A stretch of 64,000 bases of DNA from Gammaproteobacteria bacterium (GTDB taxonomy: Bacteria; Pseudomonadota; Gammaproteobacteria; Natronospirales; JAJUFS01): NCBI GenBank assembly GCA_033720815.1, contig JAWWBT010000001.1, positions 4,168 through 68,167 on the forward strand, in the 5' to 3' direction. Within the stretch, counting starts at the first letter, position 1, and each line of letters starts with the position of its first letter. The notes below the pieces were generated by a model. The model was not told the DNA's origin. It was given only the letters and a program-made list of their open reading frames with translations, and made no database searches. The position numbers and the translations under genes are program-made. Shown here one piece after another: positions 53,883 to 64,000 of the stretch.

Positions 53883-54943
53883 TGAAGAAACTCGTCATCT
53901 ATGGCGCATACGGTTATACGGGTCGCTTGATCGTCGACCAGGCGCTGGCCGCCGGGCTGGAGCCGCACCTGGCCGGTCGCGATGCCATGAAGCTGCAACC
54001 GCTGGCCGCCGAAAAGGGACTGGACTGGACGGCCGTAAAGGTCGACGACCGCAAGCGCCTGCACAAGCTGCTGGCCGATGCCGACGTGCTCCTCCACTGC
54101 GCGGGCCCATTCCATCGCACCGTGCGGCAGATGGCGGACGCGTGCATCGCCACCGGTACGCACTACCTCGACATCACCGGCGAGATCGACGTATTCGAAT
54201 ACCTGGCCGGTCGCAGCGACGACGCCCATGCTGCGGGCGTGATGCTGCTGCCGGGCGTCGGTTTCGACGTGGTGCCGACGGACTGCATGGCGGCGCACCT
54301 GAAATCGCGGCTGCCCGACGCGACGGAATTGCGACTGGCCTTCTCCGGCGGTGGCGGAATTTCCCGCGGCACGCTGCTGACGATGATCGACAACCTTGGC
54401 GAGCCCGGCGCGATCAGGAAGGACGGCGAGATCGTCCCGGTGCCGCCCGCCTTTGATGTCATTGACGTGGATTTCGGCCCACGGTCGGGGCGCGATTCGT
54501 GGAGCTGCATGACCATCCCCTGGGGCGACGTCTCCACTGCATTCCATACCACCGGCATCCCGGATATTCGCGTCTACACCGCCGTGCCACCGAAAACCAT
54601 CAGCAAGATGAAGCGCATGCGCTGGTTCGGCTGGTTGCTGCGCCGCGGTTTCGTGCGCGCACTGGCACGCTGGAAGGTGAAATCCGGCAAGCCGGGGCCA
54701 AGCGACCGGACGCGCGAGGATTCGAATACCTACGTGTGGGGTCGCGCCGAGAATGCTGCGGGCAAGGTCGTCGAGGCGCGGCAGGTCGGCCCGAACGGGT
54801 ACAGCTTTACCGCAACGGCAGCGGTCGCCGCAGCGAAACGCGTGCTGGGCGGCGATTCCACGGCGGGCTTCCGTACGCCGGCGATGCAGTTCGGCGCGGA
54901 CTTCTGCCTGTCGCTCGGTGTCGAACGCGAAGACATTCGCTGA
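53882..54943 (+). CDS. Saccharopine-dehydrogenase-like NAD(P)-binding protein
   Basis: Track ORF of 353 aa with N-terminal KLVIYGAYGYTGRL (Rossmann). Its start overlaps the upstream stop (TAATG). Confidence 0.75.
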   Translation: MKKLVIYGAYGYTGRLIVDQALAAGLEPHLAGRDAMKLQPLAAEKGLDWTAVKVDDRKRLHKLLADADVLLHCAGPFHRTVRQMADACIATGTHYLDITGEIDVFEYLAGRSDDAHAAGVMLLPGVGFDVVPTDCMAAHLKSRLPDATELRLAFSGGGGISRGTLLTMIDNLGEPGAIRKDGEIVPVPPAFDVIDVDFGPRSGRDSWSCMTIPWGDVSTAFHTTGIPDIRVYTAVPPKTISKMKRMRWFGWLLRRGFVRALARWKVKSGKPGPSDRTREDSNTYVWGRAENAAGKVVEARQVGPNGYSFTATAAVAAAKRVLGGDSTAGFRTPAMQFGADFCLSLGVEREDIR

Positions 54944-54981
54944 CTGGGAATACGCGGAGAATGTTCACCAAGGCAAAAGAA

Positions 54982-55007
54982 GAAAGCCCCGCTCGTGCGG
55001 GGCTTTC
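54982..55007. terminator. Hairpin terminator between convergent genes
   Basis: GAAAGCCCCGC-tcgt-GCGGGGCTTTC followed by TTCGTG. Confidence 0.7.
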
Positions 55008-55019
55008 TTCGTGAGGGCT

Positions 55020-55802
55020 TCAGCCCTGGTAGCTCTTGCCGGGCATCGGCACCAGCATCGGCACCTGCTCGGCATACTTCGAGTATTCCGGGTGGAAGGA
55101 CTTGAGGTCCTTTTCCTCGTAACGGATCGCAATGAGGATGTAACCGCACATGCCGATGGCAAACAGCATGTGGCCACAGGTCATCACCGGGCCGCCCCAG
55201 AACGCGAGGAACCAGCCAAGATACAGCGGGTGCCGTACGACCTTGTAAAGGAACGGCGTACGGAACGTCGGCTCACCGAAGGTCCTGCCAAGGAACTGCC
55301 ACAACGACTGCTGCAGGCCGAACAGGTGGAAATGATTGATCAGGAAAGTGCTCAGCAGCACCAGGCCAAAGCCCAGGCCGAACACGGCCCAGCCCAGCCA
55401 GTACGTGACGGTCGTGTCGGCATCCCAGATATCTTCGGCGATCGGGCGCCACTGCCAGTACATCAGGATGAGGATCAGGCTGGTCAGCAGCACGTAGACC
55501 TGGCGCTCCGCCGCGGCCGGGATGATCTTCGTCCAGGCCTTCTTGAAACCCTGTCGTGCCATCACCGTGTGCTGGACGCCGAACAGGGCGACCAGGCCGA
55601 TATTCACCAGCACCGCGACAACGGGATTACCCGTCTCGCGACCGTAATCGATGGAATATGGAACCAGGTCCTTCAGGATCGGGAACTGCTCGGCCAGCGG
55701 GGTGGCCTGCAGGTTGCCGAGGAAGGCAATCAGGTAGAGAAAGCTCAGGAAGAAAATGCCATAGCTGGCAATTCCGAAGAGCAGGATAGTCGTACGTTTC
55801 AT
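55020..55802 (-). CDS. ICMT/PEMT-fold membrane methyltransferase, MddA-like (candidate methanethiol S-methyltransferase)
   Basis: Trimmed to the ATG at 55802 (GGGAG 7 nt upstream). The 260-aa polytopic product has LFGVQHTVMARQGFKKAW and YKVVRHPLYLGWFLAFWGGPVMT...IRYEEKDL. Confidence 0.6.
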   Translation of the reverse strand: MKRTTILLFGIASYGIFFLSFLYLIAFLGNLQATPLAEQFPILKDLVPYSIDYGRETGNPVVAVLVNIGLVALFGVQHTVMARQGFKKAWTKIIPAAAERQVYVLLTSLILILMYWQWRPIAEDIWDADTTVTYWLGWAVFGLGFGLVLLSTFLINHFHLFGLQQSLWQFLGRTFGEPTFRTPFLYKVVRHPLYLGWFLAFWGGPVMTCGHMLFAIGMCGYILIAIRYEEKDLKSFHPEYSKYAEQVPMLVPMPGKSYQG

Positions 55803-55978
55803 TAGTGGTCTCCCCCACAGTCTGTGATCGTCAGGGCCCGCCATGACGGACCTGGGGAGACATGGCGCGGATCGCCGCCGAAACGGCTCATGCGCCTGAA
55901 TTTGCGCGAACGTGGTGGTAAAATGCCCGGCTTCTTGCAGATTTCACCTCATTTTTCATTCGAAAACTGGAGTTCGTC

Positions 55979-56953
55979 ATGAAACAACCCGTTCGCGTCA
56001 CGATTACCGGCGGTGCCGGCCAGATCGGCTACGCGCTGGCCTTTCGCATCGCTTCCGGCGACATGCTGGGCAAGGACCAGCCGGTCATCCTGCAGCTGCT
56101 GGAAATCACCCCGGCCCTGGATGCCCTGAAGGGTGTCGTCATGGAACTGCGCGACTGCGCCTTCCCGCTGCTGCACGACGTGGTCGCCACCGACGATGCG
56201 AACGTCGCGTTCAAGGATTCCGACTACGCCCTGCTGGTCGGCGCGCGTCCGCGCGGCCCGGGCATGGAGCGCAAGGACCTGCTCGAAGCCAACGGCAAGA
56301 TCTTCGGCCCGCAGGGTGAAGCCATCGCCAGGAACGCCAGCAAGGACATCAAGGTACTGGTCGTCGGCAACCCGGCAAACACCAACGCGCTGATCGCGCA
56401 GGCCAATGCCAACGGCGCCAACCCGCGCAACTTCACCGCGATGACCCGCCTCGATCACAACCGCGCCATGGCGCAGCTGTCGGAAAAGACCGGCAAGCAC
56501 GTGACCGACATCAAGGGCATGATCATCTGGGGCAACCACAGCTCGACGCAGTACCCGGATATTTCCCACTGCACCATCGACGGCAAGCCGGCCACCGAAC
56601 TGGTCGACGACGCCTGGTACAAAGATGAATTCATCCCGACGGTGCAGCAGCGTGGCGCCGCCATCATCAAGGCGCGCGGTGCATCGTCTGCGGCATCGGC
56701 AGCCTCCGCCGCCATCGATCACATCCGTGACTGGGCGCTGGGCTCGAACGGCGAGATCGTTTCGATGGCCGTGCCGTCGGACGGCTCCTACGGCATCGAG
56801 GAAGGCGTGATCTACTCCTTCCCGTGTGTCTGCAAGGACGGCGATTACGAAATCGTGCAGGGCCTGGACATCAACGACTTCTCGCGCGAGAAGATGAACG
56901 CCACCGACAAGGAACTGCGCGAAGAGCGCGATGCGGTGAGCGACCTGCTCTGA
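55979..56953 (+). CDS. mdh: Malate dehydrogenase
   Basis: Track ORF of 324 aa with [25 protein letters not shown] and [16 protein letters not shown] lies upstream. Confidence 0.95.
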   Translation: MKQPVRVTITGGAGQIGYALAFRIASGDMLGKDQPVILQLLEITPALDALKGVVMELRDCAFPLLHDVVATDDANVAFKDSDYALLVGARPRGPGMERKDLLEANGKIFGPQGEAIARNASKDIKVLVVGNPANTNALIAQANANGANPRNFTAMTRLDHNRAMAQLSEKTGKHVTDIKGMIIWGNHSSTQYPDISHCTIDGKPATELVDDAWYKDEFIPTVQQRGAAIIKARGASSAASAASAAIDHIRDWALGSNGEIVSMAVPSDGSYGIEEGVIYSFPCVCKDGDYEIVQGLDINDFSREKMNATDKELREERDAVSDLL

Positions 56954-56974
56954 TTCGCAGCCTGCTGCGACATG

Positions 56975-57006
56975 AAAAGCCCCGCTTCGGCGGGGCTTTT
57001 TGTTTT
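56975..57006 (+). terminator. Rho-independent terminator of mdh
   Basis: AAAAGCCCCGC-ttcg-GCGGGGCTTTTTGTTTT. Confidence 0.85.
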
Positions 57007-57007
57007 C

Positions 57008-57042
57008 CGGGTGTCCGCCGGACACGTCCGGACACCTGTCCG
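57008..57042. promoter_or_regulatory. Candidate enhancer (UAS) for the sigma54 activator: clustered GTGTCC/GGACAC half-sites
   Basis: GTGTCCG-c-CGGACAC (57011-57025), a CCGGACAC direct repeat with 10-bp period (57018, 57028) and GGACA-cc-TGTCC (57030-57041). The cluster is centred about 100 bp upstream of the -24 element. Confidence 0.45.
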
Positions 57043-57123
57043 CCCCAGCTGCTTGCCCGCCAACGTCGTACTGAAATCCTTTTAATCCTTCCTGTTCAAT
57101 CACTTGACCCGCAATGCAACGTT

Positions 57124-57139
57124 TGGCACGCGAGTTGCA
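57124..57139 (+). promoter_or_regulatory. Sigma54 (-24/-12) promoter
   Basis: TGGCACGcgagTTGCA matches the TGGCACG-N4-TTGCW consensus exactly (GG at 57125-57126, GC at 57137-57138). It lies 41 nt upstream of the adaptor ATG (57181). Confidence 0.8.
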
Positions 57140-57180
57140 TCTTAACCAGGTAACACCCGAAACCAATAAAGGGATACCTG

Positions 57181-58455
57181 ATGATTCGTGATACCTCCGC
57201 CCAGGACGTGGCAATCGATCCGGCACCACAGAAGAAGCGCCGCCTCGTCACCGCAGGGATCGCGCTTGCCGCCGTTCTGATTCTCGCCATCCTCGTCGTG
57301 CCGGCATGGCAGCGCTGGGCATCGTCCGATATTTCCGTACCGATGGAACGCCTGCGCACCGCCACCGTCGAGCGCAGCGATTTCGTGCGCGATGTCGGCG
57401 TACCGGGTCGCGTCGTGGCTGCCGTGGCGCCCACCCTTTACTCGCCGGCCCAGGGCACGGTGACGCTGGAGGTACAGGCGGGCGACAGCGTCGAGAAAGG
57501 CCAGGTACTTGCCACGGTGGAAAGCCCGGAAATTCTCAGCGAGCTGGAACGCGAAGAGTCGGTACTCGAGTCGCTGACGCTTGCCTGGGAACGCCAGAAG
57601 ATCGAAACGCGCAGCAAGCAGTTGCAGAACGAGCAGGCGGTCGACCTGGCCAAGGTGAAACTGGATGCTGCTCGCCGCGAAGCGGATCGCGCGAAGCTCT
57701 CGTTCGACGAGGGCATCATGAGCCAACAGGAAATGGAAAAGGCCTTCGATGAGCGCGCGACCTCCGAAGTGGAATACAAGCACGCCGTCGAGAACGCCAA
57801 CCTCGGCAAGGACAGCCTCGCCTTCGAATTGAAGACCAGCCGGCTCGCGGTGGACCAGCAGCAGTTGCTGGTCGACAACCTGCAGCGCCGCGCGGACGAC
57901 CTCATCATCCGCTCGCCGGTTACCGGCCTGGTCGGCAACGTTGCCGCCGAACAGAAGGCAGCCGTTACGCAGAACACACCGTTGCTCACGGTCGTCGACC
58001 TCAGCGCGATGGAAGTCGAAGCGCAGATCCCGGAATCCTACGCCGATGCGCTCGGGCTCGGCATGCCGGCCGAGATCACGTACGGCAATTCCACCTACGA
58101 AGGCATCGTCGCCGCCGTATCGCCCGAAGTGCAGAACGCACAGGTCACGACGCGCGTGCGCTTCGCCGATGCACCTCCGCAGGACCTGCGCCAGAACCAG
58201 CGCGTTTCGGTTCGCGTGGTGATGGAAACCAAGGAAGACGTGCTCACCGTCCAGCGCGGCCCGTTCCTCGAATCCGGTTCCGGCCGCATGGCCTACCGCA
58301 TCGAGGATGGCATGGCGCGACGTGTACCGATCCAGATCGGCTCGACCAGCGTGAACCGCGTGGAAATCGTCCGCGGACTCGAGCCGGGAGACCAGATTGT
58401 CATTTCGTCGACGGACAGCTTCAACAACGCCGACACCGTTTACCTGACCAATTAA
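57181..58455 (+). CDS. Periplasmic adaptor (HlyD/MacA-type membrane fusion protein)
   Basis: Track ORF of 424 aa with an N-terminal TM anchor, a long coiled-coil hairpin (LSELEREESVLE...QQLLVDNLQRR) and flanking beta-barrel segments. Confidence 0.8.
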   Translation: MIRDTSAQDVAIDPAPQKKRRLVTAGIALAAVLILAILVVPAWQRWASSDISVPMERLRTATVERSDFVRDVGVPGRVVAAVAPTLYSPAQGTVTLEVQAGDSVEKGQVLATVESPEILSELEREESVLESLTLAWERQKIETRSKQLQNEQAVDLAKVKLDAARREADRAKLSFDEGIMSQQEMEKAFDERATSEVEYKHAVENANLGKDSLAFELKTSRLAVDQQQLLVDNLQRRADDLIIRSPVTGLVGNVAAEQKAAVTQNTPLLTVVDLSAMEVEAQIPESYADALGLGMPAEITYGNSTYEGIVAAVSPEVQNAQVTTRVRFADAPPQDLRQNQRVSVRVVMETKEDVLTVQRGPFLESGSGRMAYRIEDGMARRVPIQIGSTSVNRVEIVRGLEPGDQIVISSTDSFNNADTVYLTN

Positions 58456-58499
58456 GTAACTACCGAAAATCGAACGAATACCGACAAAGGGGAATACCA

Positions 58500-59216
58500 A
58501 TGCTGAACATGGAAAACATCGCCAAGGTCTATCGCACCGAACTCGTGCAGACGCACGCCCTGCGTGACTTCAGCCTGAACGTCGACGAAGGCGAATTCGT
58601 TGCCGTTACCGGCCCATCCGGTTCGGGCAAGACAACCTTCCTTAATATTGCCGGCCTGCTCGAGGATTTTTCGGAAGGCATCTACACGCTGGACGGCGAG
58701 GATGTGTCCAACCTCAATGACAACGCCCGCTCGAAGATCCGCAATGAAAAGATCGGCTTCATCTTCCAGGGCTTCAACCTGATCCCCGACCTGAATCTCT
58801 TCGACAATGTCGATGTGCCTTTGCGCTATCGCGGTTTCAATGCAAGTGAACGCAAGCGCCGCATCGAGGAATCGCTGGAACGCGTCGGCCTCGCCTCGCG
58901 CATGAAGCACCTGCCCTCGCAGCTTTCCGGCGGCCAGCAGCAGCGGGTGGCCATTGCACGTGCCCTGGCTGGCACACCGCGCATCATGCTGGCGGACGAA
59001 CCGACCGGTAACCTCGATTCGCTGATGGCACGCCAGGTACTGGAGCTGCTGGAGGAAATCAACGAGGCCGGCACCACCATCGTGATGGTCACGCATGATC
59101 CTGAACTGGCCCGACGCGCGCACCGCAACGTGCACGTGATGGACGGCAAGGTCACCGACTTCACCGAGTTCCAGCACGCTCGTGCGGAACATGACGCCGA
59201 AGCGGCGAACGCGTAA
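58500..59216 (+). CDS. ABC transporter ATP-binding protein (MacB/LolD-type)
   Basis: Walker A GPSGSGKTT, signature LSGGQQQRVAIARA and Walker B MLADEPTGNLD. AAGGGGA lies upstream. Confidence 0.9.
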   Translation: MLNMENIAKVYRTELVQTHALRDFSLNVDEGEFVAVTGPSGSGKTTFLNIAGLLEDFSEGIYTLDGEDVSNLNDNARSKIRNEKIGFIFQGFNLIPDLNLFDNVDVPLRYRGFNASERKRRIEESLERVGLASRMKHLPSQLSGGQQQRVAIARALAGTPRIMLADEPTGNLDSLMARQVLELLEEINEAGTTIVMVTHDPELARRAHRNVHVMDGKVTDFTEFQHARAEHDAEAANA

Positions 59217-59226
59217 GGAGACGGCG

Positions 59227-60552
59227 ATGTTTTCCTACTACCTGAAACTCTCGCTGCTCAGCATCAAGCGCAACCCGATCCTGAGCACGCTGATGATGGC
59301 GGCTATCGCCGTCGGCATCGGCGCGTTCATCACGATGCTGACGGTTTACCACATCCAGTCCGGCAACCCGCTCTGGTACAAGAATGACCAGGTCTACCAC
59401 CCGCAGATCGACATGTGGAACCCCGACCAGCCGTACCGCGAAAGCAAGCCGGATAGCGGACCGGACCTGTTCACCTATCGCGATGCGATGGCGCTGCACG
59501 AGTCGGACATCCCGACCTACAAGGTCGCCACGTTCAAGACGGGTGACGTCATCCTTCCGGAAAGTGATGAACTGGCCCCCTTCCGTGACGTAGGCCGCAT
59601 GACCTACAACGATTTCTTCCAGATATTCGACGTGCCGTTCCTTTACGGCGGCGCCTGGGATGATCGAGCAGACCAGGGTGGCGAATTCGTCGTGGTGCTT
59701 TCCCGCGAACTCAACGACAAGCTTTTCGGTGGTGAAAACAGCGTTGGCGAGCGCGTTCGCATCGGCGATCACGAGTTCACCGTGACCGGTGTTCTCGACG
59801 AGTGGTACCCGGTACCGAAGTTCTATGACCTCACCAACGGTGCCTTCCAGGGGCCGGAGGAATACTTCATGCCTTTCCAGTTGCTGCACACGCTGGAAAG
59901 CCCACAGTGGGGCAACACCAATTGCTGGAAGAGCGAGGACTACGGCACGGGTGACGAGGTTTATCCGAATTTCGTCAACGGCGAATGCATCTGGATCACC
60001 TACTGGGTGCAGCTCGATACGGAACAGCAACAAGAGGAATACATGGATTTCCTCGCCGCGTATTCCAGCGAGCAGGCCGAGCTTGGCCGCTCGGCAAGGC
60101 CGGAAAACCAGACCATCAACACTGTCGAGGAATGGCTGGAATGGAACGAGGTGGTCGGTGACGACAACCGTGTACTGGTCGGCCTGTCTTTCCTGTTCCT
60201 GGTTGTCTGCCTGCTGAACACCGTCGGCCTGCTGCTCGCGAAGTTCATGGGTCGAGCCGGTGAGATCAGTGTGCGTCGCGCACTGGGTGCATCGCGACTC
60301 GATGTGTTCCGCCAGCAATTGATCGAATGCGGTTCCATCGGTGTAGTCGGTGGCATGGCAGGCATCGGCCTCGCCGCACTCGGCGTCATCGCCGTGAAGA
60401 AGATGTATTCATTCAGCGGTCCCGCCGGCATGGACATGGAAATGGTGGTGACTGCATTCGTTACCGCCATCCTCGCCAGTATTGCCGCGGGCCTCTGGCC
60501 CGCGTGGCAGATCACTCGCGTGCCGCCTGCCGGCTACCTCAAGACGCAGTAA
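59227..60552 (+). CDS. FtsX/MacB-type ABC transporter permease
   Basis: Trimmed to the ATG at 59227 (AAGGAG 6 nt upstream). TM1, a large periplasmic domain, then a three-TM FtsX block at the C-terminus. Confidence 0.8.
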   Translation: MFSYYLKLSLLSIKRNPILSTLMMAAIAVGIGAFITMLTVYHIQSGNPLWYKNDQVYHPQIDMWNPDQPYRESKPDSGPDLFTYRDAMALHESDIPTYKVATFKTGDVILPESDELAPFRDVGRMTYNDFFQIFDVPFLYGGAWDDRADQGGEFVVVLSRELNDKLFGGENSVGERVRIGDHEFTVTGVLDEWYPVPKFYDLTNGAFQGPEEYFMPFQLLHTLESPQWGNTNCWKSEDYGTGDEVYPNFVNGECIWITYWVQLDTEQQQEEYMDFLAAYSSEQAELGRSARPENQTINTVEEWLEWNEVVGDDNRVLVGLSFLFLVVCLLNTVGLLLAKFMGRAGEISVRRALGASRLDVFRQQLIECGSIGVVGGMAGIGLAALGVIAVKKMYSFSGPAGMDMEMVVTAFVTAILASIAAGLWPAWQITRVPPAGYLKTQ

Positions 60553-60564
60553 GGAGAGTTCATC

Positions 60565-61767
60565 ATGGATATCAAGCCGATTTTCTCCGCGATGCTGCGG
60601 AACAAGACAGGCCCGATCCTCATTGCATTGCAGGTGGCCATCACCGTGGCAATCGTATCGATCTCCGGGTTCATCATCAGCGAACGCATCGAGAAGGTGC
60701 AGCGACCGACCGGCATGGACGACGCCAACCTGGTGTTCGCCGAGATCGCAGGCTTTGGTGAGGAGTTTGACCAGATCGCGACCTACCACCAGGACCTGAA
60801 GGCACTGGAAGGCCTGCCCGGAGTTGTCAGCGTCGGCTACATGAATCGCCCTCCGCTGACGGGTGGCGGCAGCTCGTCGACGTTTTCCACGAGTCCCGAA
60901 CCTGACAGCGATGATTCAAAGGGAACGGCCTACTGGAATATCGATGAACGCGCCGTGGATGCGCTGGGCCTGAACATCATTGCCGGTCGCAATTTCGACA
61001 TTACGGAAATAAACCGCACCAATGACCAGGACATGCAGGCCTACGCCCTGGTGACCGAGGCCTATGCAAAGGATCTTTTCGGTGAGGAAAGTGCCGTCGA
61101 CAAGCTGATGTACAACGGCCTTGGCGAACCGATTCGTATTGTCGGCGTCATTGATCACATGCAGGGTGCCTGGGTCGGTTGGGACAAGCTGGATCGAAAC
61201 GTGCTGTTCAGCTCCCTGCGGGGCGAAACCAGCCTGGGCTACGCGATTCGCGTCGAACCCGGCCTGGCCGACAGCATGGTGCCGGTCATTGAAACGAAGC
61301 TGCAGGAAATCAATCGCAACCGAGTCGTGACCAGCGTGCGCACGTTGCATGAGTTCATGGACCGCAGCTACCGGCAGGATACAGCGATGATCAAGATGCT
61401 GGTTGCCGTGAGCACCCTGCTGGTCGCGGTGACCTCGCTCGGGATCGTCGGCCTTGCCGCCTTCAACGTGAACCAGCGCCGCAAGCAGATCGGCACACGC
61501 CGTGCACTCGGTGCAACGCGCGCCGACATCCTGAAGCACTTCCTGACCGAAGCCATGTTGATCACTTCCGTTGGAGCCGCACTCGGTGTGGCGCTCGCAT
61601 TCGCGATGAGCTTCTGGCTGGGCACGCAGTTCAACCTGCCGAAGATGGACTGGTGGTACGTGGTTCCGGCGGCCGGCGGCCTGCTGGTGATCGGTGTGCT
61701 ATCGGTGCTTGGCCCGGCGCGACGCGCAACGCTGATCAGTCCGGCACTGGCGACGCGCAGCGTCTGA
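60565..61767 (+). CDS. FtsX/MacB-type ABC transporter permease (second copy)
   Basis: Track ORF of 400 aa with the same topology as the upstream permease. AAGGAGA lies upstream. Confidence 0.8.
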   Translation: MDIKPIFSAMLRNKTGPILIALQVAITVAIVSISGFIISERIEKVQRPTGMDDANLVFAEIAGFGEEFDQIATYHQDLKALEGLPGVVSVGYMNRPPLTGGGSSSTFSTSPEPDSDDSKGTAYWNIDERAVDALGLNIIAGRNFDITEINRTNDQDMQAYALVTEAYAKDLFGEESAVDKLMYNGLGEPIRIVGVIDHMQGAWVGWDKLDRNVLFSSLRGETSLGYAIRVEPGLADSMVPVIETKLQEINRNRVVTSVRTLHEFMDRSYRQDTAMIKMLVAVSTLLVAVTSLGIVGLAAFNVNQRRKQIGTRRALGATRADILKHFLTEAMLITSVGAALGVALAFAMSFWLGTQFNLPKMDWWYVVPAAGGLLVIGVLSVLGPARRATLISPALATRSV

Positions 61768-61792
61768 TTTCGACACTACGAGGGGGTGTGTC

Positions 61793-62335
61793 ATGTTGAA
61801 ACTGATCATTGCAACCATACAGGCGCTGCTGCTTGCGGCAGCGCTTTTCTGTCCAGACGAAAGCCGGGCAGCGGACAGCCCTGAATCCCTGGCCGCCACG
61901 ATCATGTCCCTTGATCGCGTGCTGTTCGAACAGGGCTTCAACGACTGCGATATCGAAGCACTTGACGGTGTCGTGTCGGAGTCCCTGGAGTTCTACCACG
62001 ACCAGGGTGGCATCACGCGTGGCAAGACGGCGTTCCTGGATTCGGTTCGCAACAATATCTGCAATATCGAGTACAAGGCGAGTCGTGAACTGCTGCCGGG
62101 AACCTTTTCCATCCATCCGCTGTATGAAAACGGTGAGCTGTATGGAGTCATCCAGCAGGGCGAACACCGTTTCCTGGCGAAATACCCGGACGAACCCCTG
62201 CGGGTGACTTCGGTGGCGAGCTTCACGCACCTTTGGCTGCTCGACGGCGATGAGTGGAAGCTCAGCCGGGTGTTGAGCTACGACCACCACGCACCGGCTT
62301 CACCAAGACCGACAGCAGGAGCAGACGCCATCTGA
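61793..62335 (+). CDS. Secreted NTF2-like (DUF4440-like) protein
   Basis: Track ORF of 180 aa with a signal peptide (LLLAAALFCPDESRAA). It is the last gene before the terminator. The fold call is tentative. Confidence 0.55.
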   Translation: MLKLIIATIQALLLAAALFCPDESRAADSPESLAATIMSLDRVLFEQGFNDCDIEALDGVVSESLEFYHDQGGITRGKTAFLDSVRNNICNIEYKASRELLPGTFSIHPLYENGELYGVIQQGEHRFLAKYPDEPLRVTSVASFTHLWLLDGDEWKLSRVLSYDHHAPASPRPTAGADAI

Positions 62336-62374
62336 AACCGGACGGGTGAAGCCCGCCGGCTTTGGGTAGAATTG

Positions 62375-62401
62375 ACGGGCGGCTTGCCGCCCGTTTCGTT
62401 T
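62375..62401 (+). terminator. Rho-independent terminator of the export operon
   Basis: ACGGGCGGC-tt-GCCGCCCGT followed by TTCGTTT. Confidence 0.7.
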
Positions 62402-62424
62402 CCAGGGGAATTCAAGGGGATCCC

Positions 62425-63779
<1,355 letters not shown>

Positions 63780-63783
<4 letters not shown>

Positions 63784-64000
63784 AGCGCGTATCGCTGGAA
63801 GCACGGTTCCACCTCGTTGCGGCGGCCTGTGCCGTCATTGCAGTGATCACCGGCAGCCTGGCGCATGCCCTGTTCGAGAATATCTGGGCCGCGCTCGTTA
63901 TCGGGCTGCTCGTTGCGCTTTCCTTCACGCTCTTCATCACACGACGCTTCACGCGGCCGATCAATCGCACGCTGCAGGCATTGACCGACGGAGTCGCATC
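63780..64000 (+). CDS. Sensor histidine kinase, N-terminal part (2 TM plus HAMP start); continues beyond the window
   Basis: Not in the track. The frame opened by the TTG at 63780 overlaps the regulator stop, with GGAG 7 nt upstream. It reads LKRVSLEARFHLVAAACAVIAVITGSL...AALVIGLLVALSFTLFITRRFTRPINRTLQALTDGV. The other frames are not membrane-like. Confidence 0.6.

Noticed and set aside
57142-58500. 452-aa ORF on the minus strand spanning the adaptor gene. Similar long antisense ORFs occur at 55949..57229 (426 aa, opposite mdh), 8117..9238 (373 aa), 48095..49237 (380 aa), 46276..47511 (411 aa), 27963..29093 (376 aa) and 59161..60318 (385 aa).
   Set aside because: Each lies exactly antisense to a gene with clear family motifs. 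Their products are Arg/Ala/Gly/His-rich low-complexity sequence with no recognisable motif. This is typical of stop-codon-poor antisense frames in high-GC DNA.

Overview
This is a 64-kb, high-GC, densely coding chromosomal segment that looks gammaproteobacterial (tesA-ybbA-ybbP, ppc, mdh, purT, murI, pepQ, phrB). I call about 60 protein-coding genes, one truncated at each window edge. I recognised no rRNA or tRNA gene, CRISPR array, transposase or integrase. Many long ORFs in the track lie antisense to these genes and are treated as high-GC shadow ORFs. Several track ORFs carry spurious N-terminal extensions, which I trimmed to starts with a Shine-Dalgarno or a stop/start overlap. The most coherent accessory content is a light / photo-oxidative-stress neighbourhood at about 1.0-16.8 kb. 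It holds a MerR-family regulator with B12-photoreceptor signatures (W-x9-E-H and E-x-H-x-x-G) and two intergenic regions with 11-bp-phased TATACA/TGTACA repeats. These bracket a cluster of SDR, NTF2-like and HAD genes plus FAD-oxidase-like, DUF1365, CFA-synthase-like, MFS and DUF3833 genes. Nearby are a truncated-haemoglobin plus [2Fe-2S]-flavin reductase pair and a photolyase. The second notable unit has a textbook sigma54 promoter (TGGCACG-N4-TTGCA) with upstream GGACAC/GTGTCC dyads. That promoter sits in front of a MacAB-like export operon (adaptor, ATPase, 2x FtsX permease), followed by an NtrC-type response regulator and a sensor kinase. Smaller items:
- a YtrA/GntR-ABC operon whose palindromic operator overlaps its -10 element
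- a vWA lipoprotein / ECF sigma / anti-sigma / saccharopine-dehydrogenase-like operon
- a CHASE2 Ser/Thr kinase translationally coupled to murI
- a bacterial deoxyhypusine-synthase homologue
- a beta-lactamase-fold protein lacking the SxxK lysine
- a lower-GC single-gene insert bracketed by twin hairpins
I see no obvious phage-defence or mobile system. All function calls come from motif recognition by eye; no database search or computation was run.
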